Source of the DNA: Octopus sinensis
Taxonomy: Eukaryota
NCBI RefSeq assembly: GCF_006345805.1
Contig: NC_043000.1
Location: forward strand, 92,008,001 to 92,072,000
Length of the DNA stretch: 64,000 nt
Direction: 5' to 3'
The notes beneath the pieces are model-generated. The model had not been told where the DNA came from. It made no database searches and saw only the letters and a program-made list of their open reading frames with translations. Each line of letters begins with the position of its first letter. The stretch's first letter is position 1. A program made the translations under genes and the position numbers. Below are positions 39,296 to 53,754 of this stretch, one piece after another.

Positions 39296-41890
39296 TTTTT
39301 TTTTTTTTTTTGTATTTGTACAAGTTGATGCCAACTCTCACCCAGAGACCTTAAGAGACAAGTTAGAAGTTCATGTTGGTGTTATGCCCAGAGTGTCATA
39401 TAATTGGTTTTGAACATAGTACTTCTCTAGAGAATGTTTAAGAAAACATAAGAAAATTATAAGTGTGTTTTAAAACTTGAGATTATATAGACAGTGTTTT
39501 TATGTCAGATATGGGTACTTCCTATGAGCACTATCTTTTGAATTTCTGACATTTTTGGGTTTCCTGGTATCTGAGTTAGGTAGCAATCAGCCCCTTTCAC
39601 TATCATTCCCAGGGCACCTATGACAACAGGTGTTGTTTTAGTCTTCAGGTTCCACATTTTGCTGATTTCTATTTCAAGATCTTTATATTTGCTCAGTTTT
39701 TGGTAGGTCTTGACAGATACGTTTATATCGATTCGGACAGTCATATCAATGAGGAGGCATGTTCTTTGTCTGAAGTCTTTCAATATGATGTCTGGCTTGT
39801 TTGCATCTATCTTTCTGTCAGTTTGAATGGTGAAGTTCCAGAGGAGTGAGATGTGGTCATTTTCAAGCACTGGAGGTGGATTGCATTCCCACCAGTTTTT
39901 TTCATGGGGCAAATCCAGGTTTTTGCAAATTACCCAGTGAATATATTGTGCAGCTCTATCATGCCTGTTGAGGTACTCTGTAGGTGCTACAAGACTGCAC
40001 TTGGAGACAACATGATCAATGGTTTCATTTTGTTGTCGACATACACGACATGTTGGGCTACTGCCATTCTTTAATATGTTGGCCTGGCAGTTTCTTGTTG
40101 GTAGGCATTGATCCTGAGCTGCTATGATAAACCCTTCTGTTTCAGATTTTAAGCCAGAGGCCATTAGCCATTGATGGGTCAGGGCTTTGTCAATATCTGC
40201 ATTATTCGCTCTCTTTGGGTATTTGCCATAGAGAGGTTTTTCTTGCCATTTATTATTCAGAATATCTAAAGCCGCAGTTTTGGCACGGGTTTTCATGCGC
40301 TTAGCTTTTTCTGTGCTTGTTTCTTGTATGACTATCTCTAATTCCGAAATTTGTTGTATTCGGAATTCACTTAGATATTCCTTTGCCTGTTTTGTTACTG
40401 AGTATGATGCTTTTTTGTTTTCATGTTTTGAGACAAGTTTTAACATCCAGTCCTCAGACTTTTTCAGGTAGGTGTCTAGGCCAATTGTAGTAATCTTCAT
40501 TGTTATTGCCAGTTGTAAAAGACCACGGCCTCCCTCTTTTATTGGCAGATAAAGTCGTTCTGTATCTGCCTTAGGGTGGTGCATTCTATTCATTGTCAAC
40601 AGTTTTCGTATTTTTCTGTCAAGCTGACATATTTCAGTAATTGACCAGTTAACGATATTGAAACTGTAAGACACAACTGGTATGGCTAATGCATTGATCA
40701 CTTCGATCCTGTTTCTTGCAATCAGCTCTGTCTTGAGTATTGCTCTCACTCTTCGATAACATTCTCTCCTGATCCTTTCCTTCATCTCTGAATGCCTTAT
40801 TCCGTCCCCTTCAATTACCTCTAGGTACTTGTAGTTCTCCGCTGGGTCTAGTTCTTTTATGACATTCTGCTGGTCAATGTTAACGTTAGATGTTTCTGTA
40901 ATTTTTCCTTTGATAAAGGTAGCTTTTGGACATTTATCGAGGCCGAATTGCATTCTGATGTCGTCACTGAATTGTTTGACTATCGCTAGTAAGCCCTTGA
41001 GTTGTTGGTCATTTTTTGCAAAAAGCTTTAAATTATCCATGTAAATGAGATGATTTATATTTTTATCAAACATTTTATACCCGTACTGCGCATCATTGAG
41101 CAGTTTTGAGAGAGGTATTAAGGCTAAGCAGAAGAGTAGTGGTTTCAGTGAGTCACCCTGGAAAATGCCACATGAAATTTTTACATCACCAATATTTAGG
41201 GATTCATTGTCACTGTTCAAAGTTAGTGTGGTTCTCCATGATCTCATACTTACAGTCAAAAAGTTTCGCAGAGTAGGTGCTATCTTATACATTTCCAGAC
41301 ATTTCTTAATCCAGCTATGTGGTAGGCTATCAAAAGCCTTTTTATAGTCTATCCAGGCTATTGATAAGTTTTTGTGTCGTTTGTGACAATCTTCTAAGAT
41401 CATCTTATTGATGAGTAGTTGATCTTTACAACCGTAGGATCCACGTTTACATACTTTCTGTTCATTAGGGAATATGCTGCTGTCTGTTAAAAAACTATAA
41501 GTATATTCCGTCAGAACAGATGTTAGCGTTTTATACATAGTTGTTAAGCAGGTTATGGGTCTATAGTTTTTCGGTTCTTTTGTTTCTTCACTTTTTGGAA
41601 GCACGAATGTTAACCCATTAACTTGCCAAGGAGGCATCCTACTAGGGTGTTGCAAAACATCATTGTACAGTTCTGTTAGCAGTTCATGGCTCTCTGGGAA
41701 GGCATTCAGCCAGAAGTTAGGAATTTTGTCCTTTCCTGGAGACTTCCATTTGCGTGACCTCCTGAGAGCAGATCTTATATCTTCTACCTTGACACCCTCC
41801 CACTTTTGCTCTTCTAAGGCGTCCAGTTCTGTAGATATTCTGTCAATCCAGGGGGCCTTTTCGTTGTGTGTTTTTTCTTCTGCCCAAATT
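39296..41890 (-). mobile_element. 5'-truncated R4/Dong-clade non-LTR retrotransposon (RT + CCHC knuckle + restriction-like endonuclease)
   Basis: Poly(A) at 39296-39311, 3'UTR and ORF; the 5' junction abuts (TAA)n at 41890-41912. Confidence 0.92.
39505..41889 (-). CDS. R4/Dong-type RT-RLE polyprotein fragment (about 795 stop-free codons; likely catalytically dead)
   Basis: PKNYRPITCL, WIDYKKAFDSLPH, GIFQGDSL.PLLF, YMDNLK (usually YxDD), HPKADTERLYL..GGRGL, CRVC..ETIDHVVSKC, RHD, KPDIIL..D, KYKDL. The frame stays open upstream of the listed start: KIWAEEKTHNE..KSPGKDKIPNFW. Confidence 0.88.
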   Translation of the reverse strand: MWAEEKTHNEKAPWIDRISTELDALEEQKWEGVKVEDIRSALRRSRKWKSPGKDKIPNFWLNAFPESHELLTELYNDVLQHPSRMPPWQVNGLTFVLPKSEETKEPKNYRPITCLTTMYKTLTSVLTEYTYSFLTDSSIFPNEQKVCKRGSYGCKDQLLINKMILEDCHKRHKNLSIAWIDYKKAFDSLPHSWIKKCLEMYKIAPTLRNFLTVSMRSWRTTLTLNSDNESLNIGDVKISCGIFQGDSLKPLLFCLALIPLSKLLNDAQYGYKMFDKNINHLIYMDNLKLFAKNDQQLKGLLAIVKQFSDDIRMQFGLDKCPKATFIKGKITETSNVNIDQQNVIKELDPAENYKYLEVIEGDGIRHSEMKERIRRECYRRVRAILKTELIARNRIEVINALAIPVVSYSFNIVNWSITEICQLDRKIRKLLTMNRMHHPKADTERLYLPIKEGGRGLLQLAITMKITTIGLDTYLKKSEDWMLKLVSKHENKKASYSVTKQAKEYLSEFRIQQISELEIVIQETSTEKAKRMKTRAKTAALDILNNKWQEKPLYGKYPKRANNADIDKALTHQWLMASGLKSETEGFIIAAQDQCLPTRNCQANILKNGSSPTCRVCRQQNETIDHVVSKCSLVAPTEYLNRHDRAAQYIHWVICKNLDLPHEKNWWECNPPPVLENDHISLLWNFTIQTDRKIDANKPDIILKDFRQRTCLLIDMTVRIDINVSVKTYQKLSKYKDLEIEISKMWNLKTKTTPVVIGALGMIVKGADCYLTQIPGNPKMSEIQKIVLIGSTHI

Positions 41891-41944
41891 TTATTATTAT
41901 TATTATTATTATATGAAAACTCATATTATTTTGCTGGATATGAT

Positions 41945-43200
41945 GGTAAGTGTCAGCTGTCCACAGCTCGTAGACATAGGTGACACTTATTTACTGGTCA
42001 TGCTTCAAGAACCCTGCGAAGAATTCTAACAGTTTCAAGCAATGCAGGTGTTTGTAGATGTTCTACTTTCACACTTGTGCATATTTTTTTCAGCCATGTT
42101 GGTAGGTAAGTGCTGATACTTCCAAGGGTGCCATTTACTCTTGGTTATCATGTCTACTCTCTTCATTGACCACAACCTTCATATTTCCCACTTCCAATCT
42201 CCATAGCTGTCTATTTTTTTCTTCTTTCACATTGATCCTGTCATCACCAAGGCATGCTAAGTCGATTACCATGCATGTTCTTTCTCTTTTATTCACCACA
42301 ACAATGTCTGGTCGGGTGATCGTACTGGATCATTGCATTCCACAAGATTTTGCAATTCTTATTTTCAGTGACTCCTTCTAGAGTTTGCTCGTACCACGTC
42401 TTTTCTCTTTGTAGGCCATGATTCGTATTGTACCAATTTTGGGCATTCGCTAACAACGTACCATACCATTTCACCCCTCTCCCTACACAGTCTGCATTTG
42501 TCGCTATCGGTAGTGTTGTCTATTCTGCAATTTATATAGTTGCTCCTTAACACATGTTCCTGAGCTATGCATATGAATGCTTCTGTCTCTATCTTCAGGT
42601 CACTCCTCCTCCTCTATAGCCACCAGTCCTCTGTATCTGTCTTAGCATTCACATCTCTTGAAAGCTGACCATACATTTTTCTTCCATGCTTTTTCTTTTT
42701 TTTTTGCTCATTTCTTGTTTAAATTTTTCTTTTGTGACACAATTTTCAGTTTTGATGACACCGGTGTTCTTCATATGTTTCAACAGAGGCTCCATGGCAT
42801 TTTTTATATACTACTCTAATATGTTTTCCTCTGCTTCGATACAGTCCTGGCAACTGATCAAACCTCTCCCACCCTTTCTTCTGGATAAGTGCAGCTTATC
42901 AGTGTTACTCTTAGGGTGGAAGGCTCAGTGTATTGTCAACATTTTTCTGGTCTTGGTATCCATTTTCTTCATTTCTTGCTTTTACCATTTTATAATTCAC
43001 ATTCCATACTAAGGTGATGCTATCGCCTGCATATTAACTGCTTGGATTTTATTCCACCCAATCAATTTTGAGCTCAACACCAACCTCAGTCTTCAGAAAT
43101 ACTCCATCCTCAGTTGCTCTTTCATTTCCTTTTCCATTATATCATTGAACTCTAGTAGACCTAGTTATTTGTATCATTCCATTTCAATTTGTTTAATTGT
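41945..43200 (-). mobile_element. Older, decayed R4/Dong-type LINE fragment whose (TAA)n tail abuts the younger copy
   Basis: Residual FHPKSNTDKLHLSRRKGGRGL, CRLCRERGEMVWYVVSECP, KILWNAMIQYD and VEHLQTPALLETVRILRRVLEA*. Confidence 0.8.
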
Positions 43201-43214
43201 TTGGTGTCAACACA

Positions 43215-43415
43215 GGACATCCTGAAACACGATGGTCTATTGTTTCATCAAACGTGTCGCAGAATCTGCATTTAGGGTCAGAACCATTTTGAACAACTGG
43301 TAGTTTTTTTTTGTAAGCAAGCTTTGATCTTGTGCCACCAATGTGAAACCTTCAGTCTCTGCTTTCAGTCCTGAACTTCTCAGCCACTGGTGGGTTATTG
43401 CTTGGTTAACATCAG
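43215..43415 (-). mobile_element. Third R4/Dong-type fragment (zinc-knuckle region)
   Basis: NADVNQAITHQWLRSSGLKAETEGFTLVAQDQSL..GSDPKCRFCDTFDETIDH; bounded by the (AAC/AAT)n microsatellite at 43420-43530. Confidence 0.8.
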
Positions 43416-44904
43416 CATTTATAACAACAACAACAACAATAACAACAATAACACGAATAACAATAACAATAACAATAATAACAATAACAATTATTATTAT
43501 TATTATTATTATCATTATTATTACTACTACGTATAATGATAGCATGTAGTTCTTTTAAGGGTTGTCATTAAGGAAAACTTTCAGTGTAAATTAGGCATTC
43601 ATTAGTTTCAAATTGCCTATTGAAGGCAATTATTGTATAAAACATTGAACTTAAGCTTGAAATAATATTTTCTGTTCATTATTCAAAATTTAATTTAGTC
43701 TTTGATTGATATATATATTCAGTATAAGAGATGTGTTTCATTCTCATGCATTACCTTGTATTTTTCAATTCCAGTTTCGTTATAACAATTATCTCATGTT
43801 TTTCACAGTTGTTGATCTGTTTATAGCTAATCACTCAACTATGAAATATATGCAGAACCTGTTAGTTACTGCATTTGTTGTTGCTGTTGTCTAGCCTCAA
43901 GTAAGCTCTGATTGAGTAGATCTATAACAAAAGAGGTTCTGCCCATGATCATCCTTTATTCTTTTATTCTATTTTACTTGTTTCAGTCATTTTACTGTGG
44001 CCATGGCATTTGGGAAAAATTTTAGTGTTTATGGGATGTAACTAAACTCCATGGCACTCACTCCTTTGAGACATTGGTTATTTTTTTATGCCATGTCTAT
44101 GAAAAATCCAACAAGACTTGTTTGGATTGTTGAGATCTATATAGTTATTATGAAGAATTAGATAGCGTAAATTTTAAGACGTAATTCTTTACGACAAAAT
44201 CACTTTACTTCAAATTGTATTATAAATATTAAAAATGCTAAATGTACATAAATAAAATAATGTAGTAATTATTTTCTCTTCACGTTCTTCAACTTATTAA
44301 TGAAATGTATTTCTGTAATTATGAAACTGTATTTTTATAGTGGTTAAAAGAACACGAAATTCTTTACATTCAACATACATGCACACATAAAATGTCCCTT
44401 AGCGTTTCAGAAAAAAAAAATTCTCACTATGGCGTTTATGTAGCTGGAGTCAGGATTTACGTATAATGATAACACTTATAAGTAAGTTATAAGTGACGGG
44501 TTTATCAATATACATCTCTACTTCAAAAGTTAAATATATTTATCCATTTCCAAATAGGAAATAAATAAAAGTAGCATTACACTAACAGCCAACCAAACAA
44601 AAAACATCCGCTATAACATATTCAAGATTCCAATATGTAATTTTGTAGATATGCTTTCATAGGATCAAAAGGAATTGAGTTTCTATGGTCTTGGACAATC
44701 AGCTCATATGTAGTGACCTCAAACTAACTGCAAGATTACTCACATATTCCTTGAGATTGCATGTACTCTAGTTGACATAGTCTTCAGGAACAATTGCCAA
44801 ATCTGATTGAAATGTTGCCAGAATTTAAAAGTGTATCTAGTACAAAACGGATTTCTTTTCAAACTTAAAAGACTGAGATTTGTTGACATTCACAAAACAC
44901 ATCA

Positions 44905-45100
44905 GTTTCAAATTTTGGCACAAGGCCAATAATTTCGGGAGAATTGACCCCAGTACCCAGCTAGTATTTATTTTATTGACCTCGAAATGATAAAAGGCAA
45001 AGTCGACTGCAGTGAAATTTGAACTTAATATGTAGAGATCGCTGAAATGCCACTAAACATTTTGCAGAGCATGCTAAGGATTCTCTCGCCTCATTGCCTT
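44905..45100 (-). mobile_element. Degenerate family B SINE
   Basis: gaccccagtacccagctagtattt..aaaaggcaaagtcgactgcagtgaaatttgaac. Confidence 0.65.
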
Positions 45101-45114
45101 ACATTCGCCAAATA

Positions 45115-45410
45115 TTGGGTTGTCCGGAAAGTTCGTGCCGATTTATAGTAGCTTACATTTCGACTTTTTTTGGACCATGGTTGAGTCCATAAAATAGGAT
45201 TTTACTACACCTCCATTTAGAGCACAGTTTCAGATATCTTTTCGTGGAAGAAGGTTTATGTTCCTATAACCTGTGTTAATTCAGTAACCCTTTAAAATGG
45301 AAGATAAGAAAGTTCATTTTCGGCACTTGATGCTTTGGGAACAAGACAAAAATTGCTGCAGCTCAGTTGGGATGTGATGTCCCACCCTCCATATTCACCA
45401 GATGTTGCAA
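45115..45410 (+). mobile_element. Internally deleted mariner remnant
   Basis: TA followed by TIR ttgggttgtccggaaagttcgtgccgattt; ORF start MEDKKVHFRHLMLW joined to RQKLLQLSWDVMSHPPYSPDVA (HPPYSPDLAP motif). Confidence 0.8.
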
Positions 45411-45861
45411 GCAATCATACCCTGTTACTCTAAAAAGAAGGACACACTGGAAAGTGTAATCCAAGGTGTACTGGGCTGAGAAAAAGACAAGGTGCTGGTC
45501 ATTGTTGGAAAGAATTTTACCATAAGTTTACACTATAAGAATTGACCTTTGCTGATGAAAGAAAACTTATTTAACTAATCCAGAAATTGATCAATCCAAA
45601 ACTATCTGAATTATTTTTGAATTTTAAATAAGTCCACATTCTCGCTTTCATCCTGTGTATGTATAATGAAGATTTGCAGTGGCTGGACGTATTTGACGTC
45701 TATTTTCAACATATAGACATGGCAGATTCTGTGCCCTTAAGTATAAATGTATCCAATACAATTACATATATGCCACGTTACATTGGCATATAAACATTAC
45801 TACATATATATATAATATATATATATATATATGTATATATGTGTATATCTATCTATCTATT

Positions 45862-45893
<32 letters not shown>

Positions 45894-45932
45894 ATACATA
45901 TAGATCTATCTATCTATCTATCTATCTCTATA

Positions 45933-46022
<90 letters not shown>

Positions 46023-46341
46023 CATAGATATAGATGTACATATGTACACATATATATACATGCACTCATTCTCTCTCTCTCTCACACACACAGATTCTTT
46101 ACTACATAGAAAAGACAATAGAAGAAGAGCTGTGCAATAAGACAGACAGAGACCAGAGGCTCCACTTGTCACGAGCAGATTTTCAGTTTGCTACAGTTCA
46201 AGATATGCTTCTGATTATATATGTGAGAAATGGCCAAGCGGATATCTTACTACTATCAGCAAAATTTCAAAGTTCGAAATCACACAGAAACACATGCACA
46301 CACATATGCAAATAAGCCTATGTAGATATGTATATACACCA

Positions 46342-46374
<33 letters not shown>

Positions 46375-46810
46375 CATCATCATCATCATCATCATCATCG
46401 TTTAACGTCCACTCTCCCTGCTAGCATGGGTTGGACATATATATATATATACACACATACATATGCACACACACACATACATATATCAATACATATATAC
46501 ACACAAACATATACACATGTTTTTATACACACATCTACGTATCTATATACCTATCTATCTATCTATCAATCATTCTATCTATAAGTTTATATTATGCATG
46601 TATATGTGTTTGTGTATATATTTATGTATGCAAATTAATATGTATATATATAATGATGGAAATATTAAGCAAAAGCAATTTCTCTGCTATAAATACAGGT
46701 CATAATACATGGTTCATATATGTATACAGCTGCATATTTGCATATAATATTCATAAATATATATATATATATATATATATCTATATATATATTATATACA
46801 TATATATATG

Positions 46811-46874
<64 letters not shown>

Positions 46875-46984
46875 TGTATATGTACATGTATATACATATA
46901 GATGTACATATATATATATACATACATATATATATGCATGTATTATATATATATATATGCATATATATACATTTATATATATAT

Positions 46985-47041
<57 letters not shown>

Positions 47042-47532
47042 CTATATATGGTCAGGAAAAGTGAGAGAGAGAGAAATATGTGAAGGTAAACACCCACTTA
47101 CAAGAATGTATTACAGTATAAGAACAACGCACATGCATGCACACACAAACACACACTCTTACCAATTTGCATAAAATATAAGAATACACATTCTCACCAA
47201 TTTAAAATAAAAAAAAAACTTTTTTCTCAGTTGTGTCTTTCTCAAAATTTATCATTCCACAATCTCCTCCAATCGTCACTTTAACCATATTTAATAAGGA
47301 TATGAAGAAAAAGGTCATAGTTGTCCATTTTTAAAAGCAATCATAACGAAATCAAGTTCTTGAACTGTTTGATGTAAGAATTCCACTATTTTGCCCTCTC
47401 TGTGAGCAAACTTTACCAACACTCATTCCATCTTGCAACAAACATCTCTTCATTTCTGTCTCTGAGGAAATTTATCACTTTTAAAGCTGAAAAATGCAAA
47501 AAGTAACTGTAAACAAACTAATAATGCTCATC

Positions 47533-47566
<34 letters not shown>

Positions 47567-47717
47567 TAATAATAATAATAATAGTGATAATATGAAATTG
47601 AAATCATACATATATGTATGTGTATGCATTCTATATGTACATATTTGTATTATATACACACATGTTCATATGTGTGTGTATGTATATTTCTATATGTGTA
47701 TGCATAAACACATTTAA

Positions 47718-47760
<43 letters not shown>

Positions 47761-48849
47761 CATATACAAAAAAATATATATATGCATACATGCAAAAATA
47801 TATACATATATGAATAGCCATCTTAGCAGAAGTATGCAGGTATGTACATATACATGCATGGCAGCATGCATATATACATACATGCATGTACACATAAATA
47901 CATATAGACATGTGTATCCATATATAAATGCAAAAAAATATAAACACACACACAGATATATATATATATATTTATATATATATATACAGACACATTCATA
48001 CATATTCATATATACAGTCAAATGCATATACACACATACACAAACATGCACATACACATACATAAACAATACAAGAAGTGCAGATAGAGACCAAAATGTG
48101 TTAGATACCCAAAAGTTCTACAAGCACATCACCTGTTTGTTTTGAATAAATTATTTGGCTAGTGCTTATGGCACCTTCTTTGAGAGTGTGTTATTTATTT
48201 ACCTGTTCTTTGTAGGTTTGTTTGTTTGCTATGTTTATTGTTTGTGTTTTATTTTAAATACCCTTGTCTTGTTTTGTTTAATTTTAAGGGTTTTTTGTTT
48301 ATTTATATTTTTAAACAAGTTTGAAAACTTATAAGAAAAGGAAAGAGGTTAAACAAAGTGAACAAATGCAAAAATCGCTATATAAAAAATATATAATGTA
48401 TAAATGTGTGTATATATATGTGTGTGTATGCATATGAAAATGTTTATATGCATTTATATATGTGTGCGTATATATGTATAAACATGCATATATGTGTATA
48501 TATATATGTATATAAGTATCTATCTATATATCTACATATCTATATACATATATGTATGTACATATGTGCGTATGTGTGTGTAAGCAAAATAAATACATTA
48601 TGAATAAACAATAATTGATAATAACAAAAGAAATGGTATAAAATCAGAGAAAAATAGTATGATCTCAACAAAATTCAATAAATCATAGAAGTTCTTTTAA
48701 GAAATGAAAGAAATTAAATAACAAGACAACCTCAAGCAAACAGGGAAATGAATTGAGTTAATGCCAAAAAAAAATTAAAATTAATATTTAACCTGCAAAA
48801 ACAGATACTCCATGTGGATATATAATATATATATATATATGTAATTGTG

Positions 48850-49740
<891 letters not shown>

Positions 49741-49879
49741 ATATGTATACACATATATATTATGGACATGCATATAAATGTATACAGATATGTGTGTGTG
49801 TATGTATATTTCTACACACACACACATATATATATATGCGCTACATCTATATTGCTTGGAATTTATATGTACATCATTC

Positions 49880-50165
49880 TTGCATATCAACATTTCCCTC
49901 ATGTCAACAGGGTCTTGTACTTTTTCCTACCGACTAAAACTTTAGTCTTTTCTAAATTTATTTTGCCACCTCTTGATAGTACGTTTTGCATCATAGTCCG
50001 AAACTTTTCTAATAATTCTTCCACTGATTCAACAATAAAGACTATTTCGTTACCATACACGACCTCCTATGGAAAACCCGTTGTAAATGCTTGCCCTATG
50101 ACCTGAAGAACTTTAACTGATAGAAGGGATATGATAAGTGAACTCTGGTGGACACCTACCTGCAA
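49880..50165 (-). mobile_element. Decayed RTE-clade LINE RT fragment
   Basis: VGVHQSSLIISLL...[25 protein letters not shown]...[11 protein letters not shown] aligns to the RTE pattern VGVHQGS..SPLLF..CPWELLYADD..NL.KTK. Confidence 0.75.
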
Positions 50166-50392
50166 GTTAAATACATTGCTCTGCTCATTGTGAACTCCTA
50201 CATTTCTGTTGTTGGTTGGGTTATTATTTTGTCATTATTTGTTGTTGTATCCAAAGCATTTATCAAGGAAAAAACCAAATCAGGTTGAAACATCATATCT
50301 TCCTTTTTCTGTGTTTTTCAACTCACCAGGCTCTTTGAGAAGTTTCTCTGAGACAAAATAGTTCTACTGGTGCTGTTCCATGTTTGTATATA

Positions 50393-50611
50393 TAAGAGGG
50401 TGAAGAAAAGTTCTGGCTTTAAGGGTATTATAAAAGGCTTGGTTGGCAGTACAACCTTCCCAGTTCTTTTACAGGGCTTAGAAAAACTGAAGGATTACTG
50501 CAATAAGTGCGTGAATGTAAGAGGAGAATTATGTTGAATAAAATCATAATTAAGTGATCCTCTTGTATATTCTTTTACCCAAAGCCAGGAATTTTTCAGC
50601 ACCCTGTCATA
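50393..50611. mobile_element. Mariner-derived MITE
   Basis: TA-flanked TIRs (agggtgaagaaaagttctggcttt / aaagccaggaatttttcagcaccct); internal remnant of a mariner C-terminus GLEKLKDYCNKCVN. Confidence 0.75.
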
Positions 50612-50656
50612 TGTGTGTATATATATATATATAAATATATAAATATATTTATATAT

Positions 50657-51058
50657 TACTCTTTACACTTTTACTAGTTTCAATCATTTGACTGTGGGCA
50701 TACTGGAGCACCACCTTTAATCGAGCAACTCGACCCCGGGACTTATTCTTTTGTAAGCCCAGTACTTATTCTATCAGTCTCTTTTACCGAACTGCTAAAT
50801 AACGGGGACATAAACACACCAACATCGGTTGTCAAGCAATGCTAGCGGGACAAACACAGACACACAAACACACATACGCATATATATATATATACATATA
50901 TATGATGGGCTTCTTTCAGTTTCCGTCTACCAAATCCACTCACAAGGCTCTGGTCGGCCCGAGGCTATAGTGGAAGACACTTGCCCAAGGTGCCACGCAG
51001 TGGGACAGAACCTGGAACCATGTGGTTGATAAGCAAGCTACTTACCACACAGCCACTC
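50657..51058 (-). mobile_element. CORE-like SINE family A, full length
   Basis: Nearly collinear with 35128-35533. Confidence 0.9.
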
Positions 51059-51103
51059 ATCAGGGGTCAGTCCTTAGTCCTGTTCATCAGACACACACAT
51101 ACA

Positions 51104-51301
51104 TACGTTGGGGTGCTGAAAAGTTCCTGGCTTTAAGGATGTCACAAAAGGCCTGGCTGGAGGCCCACCCTTCCAAGTTCTTTTACAGGGTTTAGAAAAA
51201 CTGAAGGACCGTTGCAATAAGTGTGAATCTGAGAGGGGAATATGTGGAATAAAATCATAATTAACTGATCCTCCTGTATATCTTTTCAGCAGCCCCTTAT
51301 A
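51104..51301. mobile_element. Mariner-derived MITE, second copy
   Basis: tacgttggggtgctgaaaagttcctggcttt...ttttcagcagccccttata; similar to 50393-50611. Confidence 0.75.
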
Positions 51302-53221
51302 CATTATAAATATTGTATACATTGGTATTTTAACCTAAGTCTGTCTTAAGTGTGTATATTAATTTAATTCTAGCCTGACCAGCTTTTGCACATATCATTG
51401 AAGGTTTTTGTCTACCAGTTTCTATATTTGTATGGATATTTAAACTTTACTTAAAATGTCCTGGTGGGTTTATTACAGAACAGACCAAATCAAGTTGAAA
51501 CACCATGTCTGGTAAACAATCAACATTCTCAGAAGAAGCCTGTGTTTTTTAATGTTCAAATCTTTTTGTGTGTATCTCTGGGACAAAATAGTACAGCTAG
51601 GTGCAACCATGGGAGAATGATTAAGAAGCATTCTTTGAAACCATTTACTTTTGGGTTCTGTCCCACTGAATGACATCTCAGCCAATCGGTTCTCTGAGAG
51701 TAAATTTGGTAGGAGGAAACTTGATGGAAGCTCATCATACACACACACACACACACACACAAACACACATATATGGATAGATGTTTAGATAGACAGATAG
51801 ATAGATAGAAAGACAGACAGATGGATGAATGGATGGATAGATATACAGAGAGGGAAAGAAAGAGAGGGCAGGGTAGAAAGGAGAGAGAGAGAGATATCAG
51901 AAGTCAGAAAATTATGAGGGGGCTGAAATAGTCTACAGAAATTGGTTGAGAAAATTTGCCATGAGGCATGACTGAGCCTTAGAAAAAGAGCAGTTTCCTA
52001 AAACACAAAATTGAGGGAAAATGTCCAGTGAATATCGTTAAAAAGAAATGCAACAACAAACAGAACTGAGCCTTAATTTATGCAGATTCCTGTTGCCAAC
52101 CTCAAGAAGCTGAAACTAAAGCTGATATGTTGCAATGATTTCTATTAGTTTTAAAGAATATTAAGTTGATTAGAAAAAATGCATTTATCAAATTAATGAA
52201 ATTACAGACAGTGTGTTAGTGGTTCCTGGTAGTGAGAGGAGTTTGGTATCTTTTAGATTCTGTACAAGATAAAAAAAAAGTAATAATAACAATTACAAGA
52301 GAAAAGGCAAATATTGTTTGTCAAAATTTAATACCAAATAAGATTCCATTCATGTGTAATAAATTGAAGGAGCGCAAAATATAATTTTATTACTTGATTG
52401 AAACATAAGCAAACGTTCTAATTGGTGTTTGCATGTTTTCCATGGAGGGTTCCAATTTTTCATGCAATTCCCTTGTTGAATTTCTTCATATCAATGCAAA
52501 GAATTTGTTCTACATGAATTCTGTTCTAAAAGTTTAACTCTATATTCATGGTTGTTAGACAAATTTTAACAATACCAAGATGGTGTTGGTGTAAACGCCC
52601 ACTTTCCTTTCTGCATTTTTTCCCCTTTTCTAATTTTTCATACTTTGTGAGTTTGTACAGGTCGGTATGTAGTTAAAGGCTTGTTTTGATTTTTCTTTTT
52701 CAATTTCTCTTACGTTATGAAATGTCTGAAGAATTAAAAATGTCAAGAAAGATCAGATCAGAATGATCCAATTCTGAACTTTGGAAGGCCTAGCAACTCA
52801 ATCTGATTTGGTTTGGTAAAGATTGAATAATTGGCACAGAATCAGAGACAACCCGAAGGCTTTTCTACCTCTCATTAAATTATAAATTACTGAAAGATAC
52901 AGGAACACCTACCATTCTTTAATCTCAGCAAGTTACCTCAGTTAGTATTACAAAATGAAGAGACTGAACAGTTACTGCATCAAATTACATTTCCATGACA
53001 CATGAGTTCAAGTCAGCTATAAATTTATCATGATGTAAAAAGTAAAGCCCCAACAAATTCCACATTATTTCAGTTTCCTTAGTTGTACTGTATCTTTGAC
53101 TCTTATTTTTTGCAATATTGGTGCTTCGGCCTTTTCAGTTACAATCAGTGTTGATTGATCTTTCCTTTATGGTTCTATATTCAACCCAGCTGCTTATATT
53201 AATTTTTAGCATATATATTCT

Positions 53222-53431
53222 TATCTACTCTAGGCACAAAGCAAGAAATTTCAGGAGAGAGAGCCAGTTGATTAGATCGACCCCAGTATGCAACTGGTAC
53301 TTAATTTATCAACCTGAAAGGATGAAAGGCAAAGTCAACCTCGGTGAAATTTGTACTCAGAACGTAAAGACAGACGAAACATTGCTAAGCATTTCACGCA
53401 GCATGCTAACATTTCTGCCAACTCACCACCG
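53222..53431 (-). mobile_element. Family B SINE
   Basis: gaccccagtatgcaactggtacttaatttatcaacctgaaaggatgaaaggcaaagtcaacctcgg. Confidence 0.82.
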
Positions 53432-53722
53432 TTCTTTAGAATACACAAAATTAGCCATAAATTTATTTGTTAAATATATAAACTGACAGATAAATTTAGT
53501 CAGACCATCTGAGCAATGAAGTAGGCATTGGTGACAAGTCTGAAACTGACAGACCAAACTAGTCTAGTACACTGCTACAGACTTTGCTCATGGGGCAGTT
53601 ATCTCTCCTATCAGTGCATATATTTATATATTGTGTGCTTCATGCAGCCTTAAGGGTTTTAACTCTTATTTCTTTGCTATACAGATGCTATTCAGCCCTC
53701 TCAGTCACGATGTATATATATG

Positions 53723-53754
<32 letters not shown>

